From the NCBI GenBank assembly GCA_017656185.1, contig JACDOK010000009.1, positions 1,227 through 65,226 of the forward strand: a stretch of 64,000 bases of DNA. The letters run 5' to 3'. Every line of letters begins with the position of its first letter. The stretch's first letter is position 1. Of the stretch, positions 37,365 through 49,800 are shown piece by piece. Under the pieces are notes generated by a model. The model saw nothing but the letters and a program-made list of their open reading frames with translations. It searched no databases and was not told where the DNA came from. The DNA is from Peptococcaceae bacterium (GTDB lineage Bacteria > Bacillota > Desulfotomaculia > Desulfotomaculales > JACDOK01). The translations under genes and the position numbers were made by a program.

Positions 37365-38321
37365 ATGATCATAAGTGCCAGCAGGAGAACAGATATACCG
37401 GCGTTTTACAGTGAGTGGTTTATTAACAGGGTAAAAGAGGGTTTTTGCGTTACTGTCAACCCGTTTAACAGGAAGCAGAAGAAACTTGTGAGTTTACGTC
37501 CCGAAGATGTGACGGCTATTGTATTCTGGTCCAAAAACCCTGCTCCTCTCATGAAATATTTGGACTACCTGGATGCAATGGGTTACCGCTACTACTTTGG
37601 ATTTACGCTAAACAACTATCCTTCCGAATTAGAACCCAATGTTCCTGAGGTCAAAACCAGAATAAACACCTTTAAGCGCCTCAGCCAAAGACTGGGTAAG
37701 AAGAGGGTAATATGGAGGTATGACCCGATAGTACTATCAAATAAAACACCTATCGACTTCCATATTGGGAATTTTGAGTTTTTAACAAAAGAGCTCAAGG
37801 ACTATACCTGTAAATGTGTTTTTAGCTTTTTAGAGCTATATCCCAAGGTTCAAAAAAGGATTAATAAAATGCACAAAGAATACGGTTTCGCCGTCCAGGA
37901 CATCCGCAGCGAAAAACATAAGCAGATTCTAAAGAGTTTGGTGATGCAGTTTAAATCTATTGCAGATTCGTATGGGTTAGATCTCCGATCTTGCGCGGAA
38001 AAAATGGATTTAACTCCGTATGGAATCAAGCCGAATTCCTGTATCGACGGTAACTTAATAAATGAGATGCCGGGTACGAATGTACCGTTTAAAAAAGACA
38101 GAAATCAGCGCAGAGAGTGTTTGTGTATCGAAAGTATAGACATCGGCATGTATAACACGTGTCTTAACCAGTGTGTTTATTGCTACGCGAATTACAGCGC
38201 TAAGACCGCGGAAGCAAATAATCGAGCCCATGATAAATTTAGCCCGGTATTGATCGGCAACCTAAACGACATAGACCTAAGTAAATTTAAGAAATATCAT
38301 AGTCAGAGAACATTGTTTTAA
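37365..38321 (+). CDS. DUF1848 domain protein (Cys-rich C-terminus, probable Fe-S)
   Basis: 318 aa. MIISASRRTDIPAFYSEWF is the characteristic N-terminus. C-terminal CLCIES..CLNQCVYCYAN. Confidence 0.8.
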   Translation: MIISASRRTDIPAFYSEWFINRVKEGFCVTVNPFNRKQKKLVSLRPEDVTAIVFWSKNPAPLMKYLDYLDAMGYRYYFGFTLNNYPSELEPNVPEVKTRINTFKRLSQRLGKKRVIWRYDPIVLSNKTPIDFHIGNFEFLTKELKDYTCKCVFSFLELYPKVQKRINKMHKEYGFAVQDIRSEKHKQILKSLVMQFKSIADSYGLDLRSCAEKMDLTPYGIKPNSCIDGNLINEMPGTNVPFKKDRNQRRECLCIESIDIGMYNTCLNQCVYCYANYSAKTAEANNRAHDKFSPVLIGNLNDIDLSKFKKYHSQRTLF

Positions 38322-38340
38322 ACCTTTCCACTAGTGCTTT

Positions 38341-38550
38341 AGTATTCCTGTCTGCCATTGCCGGCCCTGAGTGCTGGACCCCTACATTTTCAGTGAACAG
38401 TAAGCAGTGAACAGGAAACAGGAAACGGTTGAATAGAGTAAAGAAAATTCCTGCTTCCTACTTCCTGGTTAGTCAATTACAGGTATTTTTGACGGGATTG
38501 ACAGGATTAACTGGATTGGATAAGGGTTTTAGGGTATTCCTCTGTGCTGT
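38341..38550. repeat. Mosaic intergenic repeat locus containing all modules
   Basis: Contains TATTCCTGTCTGCC, a solo arm CTGAGTGCTGGAC (38367-38379), and TGAACAGTAAGCAGTGA (38394-38410). Also contains CAGGAAACAGGAAAC, GACGGGATTGACAGGATTAACTGGATTGG and GGGTATTCCTCTG. Confidence 0.75.
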
Positions 38551-38556
38551 GTAAGT

Positions 38557-38633
38557 GGGGTCAGGTCTTGACATTTGACACAATCTTTTATTCGGCTGTG
38601 AAGGCTTATTGTCAAATGTCAAGACCTGACCCC
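38557..38633. repeat. 77-bp perfect palindromic element (24-bp arms, 29-nt spacer)
   Basis: GGGGTCAGGTCTTGACATTTGACA ... TGTCAAATGTCAAGACCTGACCCC with no mismatch. Confidence 0.9.
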
Positions 38634-38651
38634 TTGTTTGTTGGGGAACCT

Positions 38652-38680
38652 TTGCTTTCCCTTTCTTTAGTTGCTATAAT
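38652..38680 (+). promoter_or_regulatory. SigA-type promoter for lepA (TTGCTT-N17-TATAAT, with extended TG)
   Basis: TGCTATAAT extended -10 element, ~40 nt upstream of the lepA GTG start. Confidence 0.45.
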
Positions 38681-38720
38681 TGATTGGATAGTCTGAGATG
38701 TGATGTCGAGGTGTTAGGTC

Positions 38721-40532
38721 GTGCCAAAGGCCCAAGATCATATTCGCAATTTCTGCATCATTGCCCATATCGACCACGGCAAATCAACCCTGGCCGACCG
38801 CCTGCTGCAGTTTACCGGAGCTTTGACCGAGCGGGAAATGCAGGACCAGGTGTTGGATACCATGGACCTGGAGCGGGAGCGCGGTATAACGATCAAACTG
38901 CAGGCTGTACGGCTTATGTACCGGGCCCGTGACGGGCAGGAATACCAGCTGAATCTCATCGACACTCCGGGACACGTGGACTTTTCCTATGAGGTGTCGC
39001 GCAGCCTGGCGGCCTGTGAGGGTGCCCTGCTGGTCATCGACGCCACCCAGGGTATTGAGGCGCAGACCCTGGCTAACGTGTATATGGCCCTTGACCACGA
39101 CTTAACCATTATTCCCGTGATCAACAAGGTGGACCTGCTGAGCGCCGACCCGGACGCGGTCCGGCGGGAAATCGAAGATGTTCTCGGTTTTGACGGCAGT
39201 ACCGCCATTCTGGCTTCGGCAAAGACAGGTGCCGGTGTACCCGAAATTCTCGAGCGCATTGTTGCGGATATCCCGGCCCCAACTGGCGATGCTGGTGACC
39301 CTTTGCGCGCGCTGATCTTCGATTCCCATTACGATTCCTATAAAGGCGTCATTGCCTACGTCCGGGTAATGGACGGTTGTTTGCGTAAGGGAATGCCTAT
39401 TCAGATGATGTCAAGCGGTAAAGAATTTGAAGTTAGCGAGGTGGGCGTTTTCCGCCCGGTACCGGTGGTGGTGGATGAACTGCGTGCTGGCGAGGTCGGT
39501 TTTGTCGCAGCCTCTATCAAAAACGTAAAGGACAGCCGCGTGGGCGACACCATTACCGATGCCCGCCGCCCGGCGTCAGAGCCCTTACCCGGGTACCGCA
39601 AGGCCAAGCCGATGGTCTTTTGCGGTTTATACCCGGTAGAATCCAGCGATTTCGAACGCCTGCGGGACGCGCTGGACAAGCTGGCCCTTAACGATGCCTC
39701 GCTGGTTTATGAACCGGAAACCTCCAAGGCGCTGGGGTTCGGGTTCCGCTGTGGCTTCCTGGGCTTGCTCCACATGGAAATCATCCAGGAACGCCTGGAA
39801 AGAGAGTATGGTCTGGAACTGGTAACGACGGCTCCCAGTGTCGTTTACCGTGTCACCAAAACCAGCGGCGAGGTCGTCGAGGTTCAAAATCCCTATGACT
39901 TGCCCCCGGCCGGTAAGGTTGTCAAAACAGAAGAACCTTTTGTGTTGTGTACTATAATGCAGCCCCAAGATTATATCGGGGCCGTGATGGAAATCTGCCA
40001 GGAGCGGCGCGGTGTGTTCCGCAATATGGAGTATGTCAGCGAAAACAGGGTCATTTTGACTTATGAACTCCCGCTTTCAGAGATTATTTATGACTTTTTC
40101 GATCGCTTGAAGTCCGCTACGCGCGGTTATGCTTCACTTGACTATGAGGTTTTGGGCTACCGCGAGGCCGACCTGGTCCGGTTGGATATCCTGGTAGCCG
40201 GGGAGCCGTTGGATGCCCTGTCCAGTATCGTACACCGTGACAAAGCCTACCACCGCGGTAGGGCCATTGTAGAGAGCCTGTGCAAATTAATCCCGCGCCA
40301 TTATTTTGAGATTCCTGTCCAAGCTGCGATCGGCCAGAAGGTTATCGCCCGGGAAACGATCAAGCCCCTGCGCAAGAACGTGCTGGCCAAGTGTTATGGC
40401 GGTGATGTCACCCGCAAGCGCAAACTCCTGGAAAAACAGAAAGAAGGCAAAAAACGGATGAAGCAGGTCGGCAGAGTGGAAATTCCGCAGGAGGCCTTTA
40501 TGTCCGTGCTGAGTGTTGGTGATAACGAGTGA
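38721..40532 (+). CDS. lepA: Translation elongation factor 4
   Basis: 603 aa. [37 protein letters not shown] start with RBS GAGGTG. Confidence 0.95.
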   Translation: MPKAQDHIRNFCIIAHIDHGKSTLADRLLQFTGALTEREMQDQVLDTMDLERERGITIKLQAVRLMYRARDGQEYQLNLIDTPGHVDFSYEVSRSLAACEGALLVIDATQGIEAQTLANVYMALDHDLTIIPVINKVDLLSADPDAVRREIEDVLGFDGSTAILASAKTGAGVPEILERIVADIPAPTGDAGDPLRALIFDSHYDSYKGVIAYVRVMDGCLRKGMPIQMMSSGKEFEVSEVGVFRPVPVVVDELRAGEVGFVAASIKNVKDSRVGDTITDARRPASEPLPGYRKAKPMVFCGLYPVESSDFERLRDALDKLALNDASLVYEPETSKALGFGFRCGFLGLLHMEIIQERLEREYGLELVTTAPSVVYRVTKTSGEVVEVQNPYDLPPAGKVVKTEEPFVLCTIMQPQDYIGAVMEICQERRGVFRNMEYVSENRVILTYELPLSEIIYDFFDRLKSATRGYASLDYEVLGYREADLVRLDILVAGEPLDALSSIVHRDKAYHRGRAIVESLCKLIPRHYFEIPVQAAIGQKVIARETIKPLRKNVLAKCYGGDVTRKRKLLEKQKEGKKRMKQVGRVEIPQEAFMSVLSVGDNE

Positions 40533-41665
40533 GCGTAGGTATCTACGTCCACGTCCCGTTCTGTGTGCGCAAATGTTATTATTGCGATTTTGTCTCGTAC
40601 CCTTTTGACCGGGTGGATGTCGATCTTTATTTGCGGGCCCTTCCCCTGGAGATAACCATGCGGGTCCCGGAACTTACCGCTTCCCAGCGCGAAGCGGCTA
40701 CGGTGTTTTTCGGCGGGGGTACTCCTAGCACCATTCCCGGCCACCTGCTGGCCAAAGTGCTTGATACCATCAGAGAACATTTCACTTTGTTGCAGGATGC
40801 CGAAATTACCATGGAGGCCAACCCCAAGACCTTGGAAGTTGAAAAAATGGCAGCATTGCGCCGGGCCGGGGTCAACCGCATCAGCCTCGGGTTTCAGGCG
40901 GCACAGGATCATATCCTGGAACGCCTGGGACGGACACACAAACTGCAGGATGTTTATGAAGCCGTTAAGATGGTACGGGATGCCGGTTTCGACAATATGA
41001 ACCTGGACCTTATTTACGGTATTCCGGGCCAGACGATGGATGAATGGCATGTTACCCTGGAGACGGCACTGTCATTTTTCCCCGAGCACGTAGCCTGCTA
41101 CGGCCTGGAAATAGTTCCTAAGACGCCTTTAGGGCAGGCGGTGGCCAAAGGGGACCTTAATCCCTGTCCGGAAGAACTTCAAGTCGAGATGTATTACCTG
41201 GCCCGGAATATACTGCGGGAGGCTGGTTTTGAACATTACGAGCTATCCAATTTCGCACGTCCCGGACGAGCCAGCCGGCATAACCTCGGGTACTGGCACA
41301 ATGAGGAATACTGCGGATTTGGCCCGGCGGCCCATTCTTATTTAAACGGCTGCCGCATGGCCAATGAGAAGGATGTACTGCTCTATGCCGAAAAGCTTTA
41401 TACCGGTAAACTGCCCGTTGTGGAACGGGAGTGTCTTGACCTGCGCACTCAAATGGCCGAGACGATGTTCCTGGGCCTGCGGCTGTTAAAGGGTGTCAGC
41501 AAAAATGATTTTCGCACGCGTTTTGGCGTCGATGTCTACGATATATATAAGGATGAGATTACCCGGCTTCAGGGGGAAGGTCTTCTGGAAGGGACCGGGG
41601 ATTACCTGCGTCTTACCGAAAAGGCGTTACCCATTGCCAATGAGGTTTTTCAAAGGTTTCTCTAA
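40529..41665 (+). CDS. hemW: Radical SAM heme chaperone HemW (HemN-like)
   Basis: 378 aa. [16 protein letters not shown] (CxxxCxxC). A GTGA overlap with the lepA stop. Conserved lepA-hemW order. Confidence 0.88.
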   Translation: MSVGIYVHVPFCVRKCYYCDFVSYPFDRVDVDLYLRALPLEITMRVPELTASQREAATVFFGGGTPSTIPGHLLAKVLDTIREHFTLLQDAEITMEANPKTLEVEKMAALRRAGVNRISLGFQAAQDHILERLGRTHKLQDVYEAVKMVRDAGFDNMNLDLIYGIPGQTMDEWHVTLETALSFFPEHVACYGLEIVPKTPLGQAVAKGDLNPCPEELQVEMYYLARNILREAGFEHYELSNFARPGRASRHNLGYWHNEEYCGFGPAAHSYLNGCRMANEKDVLLYAEKLYTGKLPVVERECLDLRTQMAETMFLGLRLLKGVSKNDFRTRFGVDVYDIYKDEITRLQGEGLLEGTGDYLRLTEKALPIANEVFQRFL

Positions 41666-41678
41666 CAGATCCCATCTC

Positions 41679-41707
41679 TTGACAATTGCATAAGGCAGTG
41701 CTATTTT
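41679..41707 (+). promoter_or_regulatory. SigA promoter of the hrcA-dnaK operon (TTGACA-N17-TATTTT)
   Basis: Consensus -35 element with 17-nt spacing, immediately upstream of CIRCE. Confidence 0.55.
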
Positions 41708-41719
41708 ATTGCCGGAGGG

Positions 41720-41746
41720 TTAGCACTCGTCAGGGGAGAGTGCTAA
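41720..41746. promoter_or_regulatory. CIRCE operator (HrcA binding site)
   Basis: TTAGCACTC-N9-GAGTGCTAA, a perfect match to the CIRCE consensus, between the promoter and hrcA. Confidence 0.9.
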
Positions 41747-41763
41747 TAAAGGGGTGTGGAAAT

Positions 41764-42810
41764 ATGGATTTGGATGAACGAAAAAAGAAGATCTTGCGGG
41801 CTATCGTGCAGGATTTTATTATGACCGCTGAACCTGTAGGTTCGCGTACTATTGCCCGCAAGTACAACTTCGGAGTCAGCCCAGCCACCATTCGGAATGA
41901 AATGGCCGATCTCGAAGAAATGGGCTATCTTGAACAACCACACACCTCATCCGGTAGAATACCTTCCAACCAGGGTTATCGTTATTATGTCGATCACCTC
42001 ATGGAACCGGCTTCCCTGGACGAGGCGGAGAAACAACTGATTCGCGTCAGTTACCGTGATAAGGTTAAAGAAATCAGTGAGGTTATCCGGAATACCGGCA
42101 AGCTGCTCGCACAATTGACCAATTACGCCGCGCTGGTGGTAACACCTCACATAGACAGGAATATTGTACGATTCATACAACTTATACCCTTGCATAAAGG
42201 GCAGGCGATAGTCCTGGTTGTTATGGAGCCGGGCGCAGTGTATCACAAGATAATGGATTTGCCCGAGAATATTACGGCTTGTGATTTGGAAACTATCTCC
42301 AAGGTTTTCAATGCTAAGATCCAGGGCCACCAGATGAGTGAGATTAAGCTGACTTTGATCCGCGAGATTTATCTGGAATTACTGCGTTACAAATACCTGG
42401 TACAGAGTATTATGGAACTCATTGATGAAAGCAGTGACGCCAAAGAAGAGAAAATATACCTCGGCGGCGTGTTCAATATGTTGAACCAGCCCGAGTTTCA
42501 TAATATTGAGCGCGTCAAGACCCTGTTGAGCCTTTTGGAACAGGAAGCTTTACTGCGCGAACTCTTGGAGACGGGCGAAGACGATAAGGGTGTAACGGTG
42601 CGTATCGGTAAGGAATTAAAGCATGCCGATATGCAGGACTGCAGTGTGGTCAGCGCCCGCTATCAATTATATGGTGATCCTTTAGGGACCATTGCCGTGC
42701 TGGGGCCGACCCGCATGCAGTATGACAAGGTGGTTAGTGTGGTAGAGTACCTGACAAACAACCTTTCCAGGATTTTGGATGAACTGTACGGACCCCGCTC
42801 AGGTAAATAA
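41764..42810 (+). CDS. hrcA: Heat-inducible transcription repressor HrcA
   Basis: MDLDERKKKILRAIVQDFIMTAEPVGSRTIA.. The ATG at 41764 is downstream of CIRCE; the ORF-track start of 41686 would include the operator. Confidence 0.92.
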   Translation: MDLDERKKKILRAIVQDFIMTAEPVGSRTIARKYNFGVSPATIRNEMADLEEMGYLEQPHTSSGRIPSNQGYRYYVDHLMEPASLDEAEKQLIRVSYRDKVKEISEVIRNTGKLLAQLTNYAALVVTPHIDRNIVRFIQLIPLHKGQAIVLVVMEPGAVYHKIMDLPENITACDLETISKVFNAKIQGHQMSEIKLTLIREIYLELLRYKYLVQSIMELIDESSDAKEEKIYLGGVFNMLNQPEFHNIERVKTLLSLLEQEALLRELLETGEDDKGVTVRIGKELKHADMQDCSVVSARYQLYGDPLGTIAVLGPTRMQYDKVVSVVEYLTNNLSRILDELYGPRSGK

Positions 42811-42824
42811 AGGAGGCTTTTATT

Positions 42825-44385
42825 TTGAGCTTAAAGCAGCAGGCCAGCCAGGGCTCAGAGATAAACGAGCGCCTGGCGGCCTTAATGACCAATGCCAATG
42901 CCATCCGGGCCATTGCCTCCGCGGTGGAAGGTACCCTTGGGCCTAAGGGGCTGGACACAATGCTTGTGGACCAGTTCGGTGATGTAGTTATCACCAATGA
43001 CGGGGTAACCATTCTTACCCGCATGGAGGCCACCCACCCGGCGGCGCGTATGATGATCAACATTGCGCGGGCCCAGGAAGAGGAAGTGGGCGACGGTACC
43101 ACTACGGCTACGGTCATGACCGGGCAAATGGTGCAGACTGGTGTTGACCTTGTGGCTAAGGGGGTTCCTGTAGCCCGTGTCATCGAAGGTTTGCGTCTGG
43201 GGTTGAAGCATGCCCTTGATTTGATGGAACGGGAAGCGCAGGCCGTAAACGGGCTCGACGATCCCCGTGTACGCCAGGTAGCTTTGGTGGCCGGGCGTGA
43301 GCACGGGGATATTGCCGATTTGGTAGTACAGGCGGCCAAGTTGGTAGGAGAGGAAAAACTACGGGACTCCTTTTTTAAATTGTCTGATACGGTAGAGGCG
43401 CGGGAAAACGCCCAAAACGTCGTATTTGAGGGTGTAATTATTAACAAGACACCGGTAAACCGGCAGATGCCCCGCCGGGTTGAAAATACAGCCGTGCTGG
43501 TCCTGGACGATGCCCTGGAACCCGAAGAGATCGAAGACGAGGCCCTGGCGACAGAAGCCGGGTTCAGCCGTTACCTGCAACTCCAGAAAGAATTTAAAAG
43601 CAACTTGCATAAATTGGTCGAACTGGGCGTAGGATTGGTGCTGGTGGACCGTAGCGTAGCGGACAGTGCCGAGGAGATTCTTACCGATGCCGGCATAATG
43701 GTGGTCCAACGGGTATTAAATAAGGAACTGCGCAAAGCAGCGGAGCACACCGGAGCGCGCATGTTAAAACGTACGGGTTTGAAGAAAAATAAGGAAGAAC
43801 TGGCCCGTTATCTCGGGCGCGCGCGTTTCGTGGTGTACGACGAAAAGCTGGAACAGGTTTGGATCCGGGAAGGTGCCGGCAAGCCTATGGCCACGATACT
43901 GGTAGGAGCCGCTACCGAAGAGGTGGTCGGTGAGAGGGAGCGTATTGCCAGAGATGCCGCCGGTGCGGTACAGGCCGCCGTGAAAGGTGGTGTGGTGCCG
44001 GGAGGCGGTTCACTCGAGCTTTGGATAGCCCGTGAAGTGGAAAAAATACGTGAAAACGTCCGAGGCATGTCCGGGCACGGTGTGGCCTGCGTAGTGGAAG
44101 CCCTGAAACGCCCGCTGGCACAGATTGTGGAGAATGCGGGATTTAACGCCTTGGAGAAAATCGGTGATGTTATCGCCGCCCAATCCGAAAGCGGCAATAA
44201 GGCCCTGGGCATAGACTGTGACAGCGGTGAAGTGCGTGACATGTTGGAGGCCGGCGTGGTGGATCCCGCACCGGTCAAGATTTACGCCTTGAGAGCGGCG
44301 GGGGAAATCGCCGAAGCTATTCTGCGGATTGACACCATTATCAAAAAGCGGGATGAAAGACACGAGAGTAAGGGGGCAACAGGTG

Positions 44386-44393
<8 letters not shown>
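42825..44393 (+). CDS. Thermosome/TCP-1-type (archaeal-like) chaperonin encoded inside the dnaK operon
   Basis: 522 aa. GTLGPKGLDTMLV, ITNDGVTIL, EVGDGTTTATV (group II chaperonin signatures). TTG start with RBS AAGGAGG. Confidence 0.88.
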
Positions 44394-46912
<2,519 letters not shown>

Positions 46913-46963
46913 GATAGGGCAGGGGGTTGTTCCCCTGCATATTATCGTTAACGGGTGATTGGC

Positions 46964-48091
46964 ATGAGCAAGCGTGACTATTATGAGGTCCTGGGGGTCA
47001 GCCGTGATGCCTCCCAGGAAGAAATAAAAAAGGCGTACCGCAAGCTGGCGCGCAAGTATCACCCGGACGCCAATAAAGATGACCCGGATGCCGAGGCCAA
47101 GTTCAAGGAAATATCCGAGGCTTATGCCGTGTTGAGTGATCCTGACCGGCGGCGGCAGTACGACCAGTTCGGCCACGCCGGTCCGACGGGTCAGGGCTTT
47201 GGATTTGAGGACTTTAACTGGCAGGACTTTGCCAATTTCTCCGGTTTCGGTGATATCTTTGATATGATCTTTGGCACCGGGGGGCGTTACCGCACCGGCC
47301 CGCAGCGCGGGCGGGATCTCCGCGTGGAAATGGAAATTGCCTTCGAAGAGGCCGCTTTCGGCGTGGAAAAGGAGATTACCATCCCGCGCGTAGAAACTTG
47401 TGATACGTGCGGGGGCAGCGGGGCGGCACCCGGTACCAGTCCCAAGACCTGTCCGGAATGCGGGGGACGCGGGCAGGTCAGCTTTGCACAGCAGACGTCA
47501 TTCGGGCGCTTTGTGCAAACCCGGCCCTGTCACCGCTGCGGCGGGCGGGGGCAGATTGTAGAGGTACTCTGTCATACCTGCCACGGCAGCGGGAGAGTTG
47601 AAAAACGCCGCCGCATTAAGGTTCGTATTCCGGCCGGTGTTGACGACGGTTCACGTTTGCGCCTGGCAGGGGAAGGTGAGGCCGGCAGCAGAGGTGGTCC
47701 TCCCGGGGACCTTTATGTCTATATCAGGGTCCGGCCGCACAAGATTTTTGAACGTGAGGGCAATAACGTTGTGATGGAACTGCCCATAACCTTTGCCCAG
47801 GCGGCCCTGGGAGATGAGGTCGAAGTTCCTACCCTGGACGGCAAATCAAAATTTAGAATCCCGGAAGGTACTCAAACCGGAACCGTTTTCCGTTTGCGCG
47901 GCCGGGGTATTCCCTATCTTAACGGTCACGGGCGCGGCGACCAGCACGTCAGAGTGCGGGTGGTTACGCCGCGGAAATTGAGCGACAAGCAAAAGAAACT
48001 GCTGCTGGAGTTTGCCAAGCTTAGCGGCGAGCAGCTTTCCTCTCAGGAGAAAAGTTTCTTTAAGAAAATGAAGGATGCTTTCGGTGGATAA
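46964..48091 (+). CDS. dnaJ: Co-chaperone DnaJ
   Basis: [26 protein letters not shown] (J domain), four CxxCxGxG zinc-finger repeats. Confidence 0.95.
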   Translation: MSKRDYYEVLGVSRDASQEEIKKAYRKLARKYHPDANKDDPDAEAKFKEISEAYAVLSDPDRRRQYDQFGHAGPTGQGFGFEDFNWQDFANFSGFGDIFDMIFGTGGRYRTGPQRGRDLRVEMEIAFEEAAFGVEKEITIPRVETCDTCGGSGAAPGTSPKTCPECGGRGQVSFAQQTSFGRFVQTRPCHRCGGRGQIVEVLCHTCHGSGRVEKRRRIKVRIPAGVDDGSRLRLAGEGEAGSRGGPPGDLYVYIRVRPHKIFEREGNNVVMELPITFAQAALGDEVEVPTLDGKSKFRIPEGTQTGTVFRLRGRGIPYLNGHGRGDQHVRVRVVTPRKLSDKQKKLLLEFAKLSGEQLSSQEKSFFKKMKDAFGG

Positions 48092-48095
48092 AAAT

Positions 48096-48968
48096 ATGGC
48101 GTTTACAGACATCAGCTGGCTGGAAATCAAGGTTAAAGTACCGCCCGAGCATGTCGATGCGGTAGCCAATCTCTTTCACGAAGAGGGGAGCGGGGTAGCT
48201 TTAGAAGAACCCGCTTCCCGCTCTTTTGTCGTCATTTCCGGCTACCTGCCGGTCACGGAAAGTGTGCAGGAACGCTTGGAGAAATTACGAGCGGCCATTA
48301 CCAAGGTTTTGGATAACGAAGGACCTGTTATCACCGTATCCGAATTGGCGGTTGAAGACTGGGCCGAGTCGTGGCGGCGTTATTACCGTCCTTTCCGCGT
48401 GGGCCGGCGCCTGGTGATCAAACAGAGCTGGAACGATTATGACGCCCGGGACGATGACCTTGTAATGGTAGTCGATCCCGGTCTGGCTTTTGGCTGCGGG
48501 TGTCATCCTACTACCTGCCTGTGCCTGGAATTGCTGGAACGTTATCTTTTTCCCGGTGCTGCGGTCTGTGATATCGGTACCGGTACCGGGGTACTGGCTA
48601 TGGCTGCCGCCCTGCTGGGAGCGAAAGAGGTGGTGGCGGTCGATAATGATCCCGTTGCGGTGCGGGTTGCCAGGGAGACTATTGCCGCCAACGGCTTGTC
48701 GGGCCGCATTACGGTGGAACAAGGTCATCTCCTGGACAAGATCAAGGGGGTTTATGATATTGTGGTGGCCAATATTTTGGCTGATGCCGTGATGGAAGCG
48801 GCACCACGGGTTTTACGCCTGCTGCAGCACGGGGGTACATATATTACCGGCGGAATTCCCGAAGAACGAGGCGAAGAAGTGGCCCGCTTGCTGGAGAATA
48901 CGGGTTTCCGGGTGTCCCAAACCGCAACACGTGACGGCTGGACCAGCGTGGTAGGTTTAAAACGATGA
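48096..48968 (+). CDS. prmA: Ribosomal protein L11 methyltransferase
   Basis: W.EI.V..P.E..D... N-terminus, GTGTGVLA SAM motif. Conserved position after dnaJ. Confidence 0.9.
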   Translation: MAFTDISWLEIKVKVPPEHVDAVANLFHEEGSGVALEEPASRSFVVISGYLPVTESVQERLEKLRAAITKVLDNEGPVITVSELAVEDWAESWRRYYRPFRVGRRLVIKQSWNDYDARDDDLVMVVDPGLAFGCGCHPTTCLCLELLERYLFPGAAVCDIGTGTGVLAMAAALLGAKEVVAVDNDPVAVRVARETIAANGLSGRITVEQGHLLDKIKGVYDIVVANILADAVMEAAPRVLRLLQHGGTYITGGIPEERGEEVARLLENTGFRVSQTATRDGWTSVVGLKR

Positions 48969-49711
48969 GTATTCCGCGCTTTTTTTTGTTCTCCGGAAAA
49001 ATTGGCCGTACCGTCTATCTAGATGGGAGCGATGCCCATCACATTACCCGGGTATTGCGGATGCGGCCCGGGGCTAAGATATCGGTAGTGGATAGCCGGG
49101 GAAAAGCTTATCTGGCCAAGATAACAGGGATAGACCCCGGAAGAGTGTCGGCCCGCCTGATCCGGGAAGACCCTGCCGGAGGCGAACCGGATTTGTCCGT
49201 GGTACTGGTGCAGGGACTGGCCAAAGGAGACAAAATGGATCTGGTGGTGCAGAAGGCGACCGAAGTGGGCGTGAAGGGTATTGTACCTTTGGTAACGGAG
49301 CGTGCTGTGGTAAAACTTTCCGAGACCAAGGCCCGACAACGGCGGGACCGGTGGCAGAAGATTGCCGTCGAGGCGGCCCGGCAGAGTAAGCGCCGCGTGG
49401 TACCGCAAGTGGCACCGGTACAGCGCCTGGATGAGTTTTTGGGGTCTTTGCCCTGTGAAACAGCAGTGTTCTTTTTATGGGAAGAAGAGCATAGCAGAAT
49501 CTTCAAGGAAGAACTTCGTTCCCGGGAGAAACCCGGTGAGGTGTATCTTTTGGTCGGCCCGGAGGGCGGTTTTACGCCCGGTGAGGCCGCGGCGGCGCAG
49601 GCGGCAGGGGCAGTACCGGTTTCTCTCGGACCGCGCATTCTGCGCACCGAAACGGCCGGTGTGGTAGCCGCGGCCCTCGTATTGTATGAGTGGGGGGACT
49701 TAGGAGGATAA
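48965..49711 (+). CDS. rsmE: 16S rRNA (uracil1498-N3)-methyltransferase
   Basis: 248 aa. HHITRVLRMR N-terminus, C-terminal GPEGGF..E and LGPRILRTETA. Confidence 0.88.
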   Translation: MSIPRFFLFSGKIGRTVYLDGSDAHHITRVLRMRPGAKISVVDSRGKAYLAKITGIDPGRVSARLIREDPAGGEPDLSVVLVQGLAKGDKMDLVVQKATEVGVKGIVPLVTERAVVKLSETKARQRRDRWQKIAVEAARQSKRRVVPQVAPVQRLDEFLGSLPCETAVFFLWEEEHSRIFKEELRSREKPGEVYLLVGPEGGFTPGEAAAAQAAGAVPVSLGPRILRTETAGVVAAALVLYEWGDLGG

Positions 49712-49800
49712 GCAGGAAGCAGGAATTAAGGAATTTGTTGCGTTTTAAGGTTCCTGTATTTGCTACTTAATTACTGACCCTGATGGGGATGTGTTTAACT

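Noticed and set aside
41720-41746. The idea that the MITE-like arms (CCAGCACTCAG) are additional CIRCE operators
   Set aside because: Only the 7-nt core AGCACTC is shared. The flanking TT/AA of CIRCE is absent and the arm spacing is 75-78 nt rather than 9 nt. This is kept only as a testable side note.
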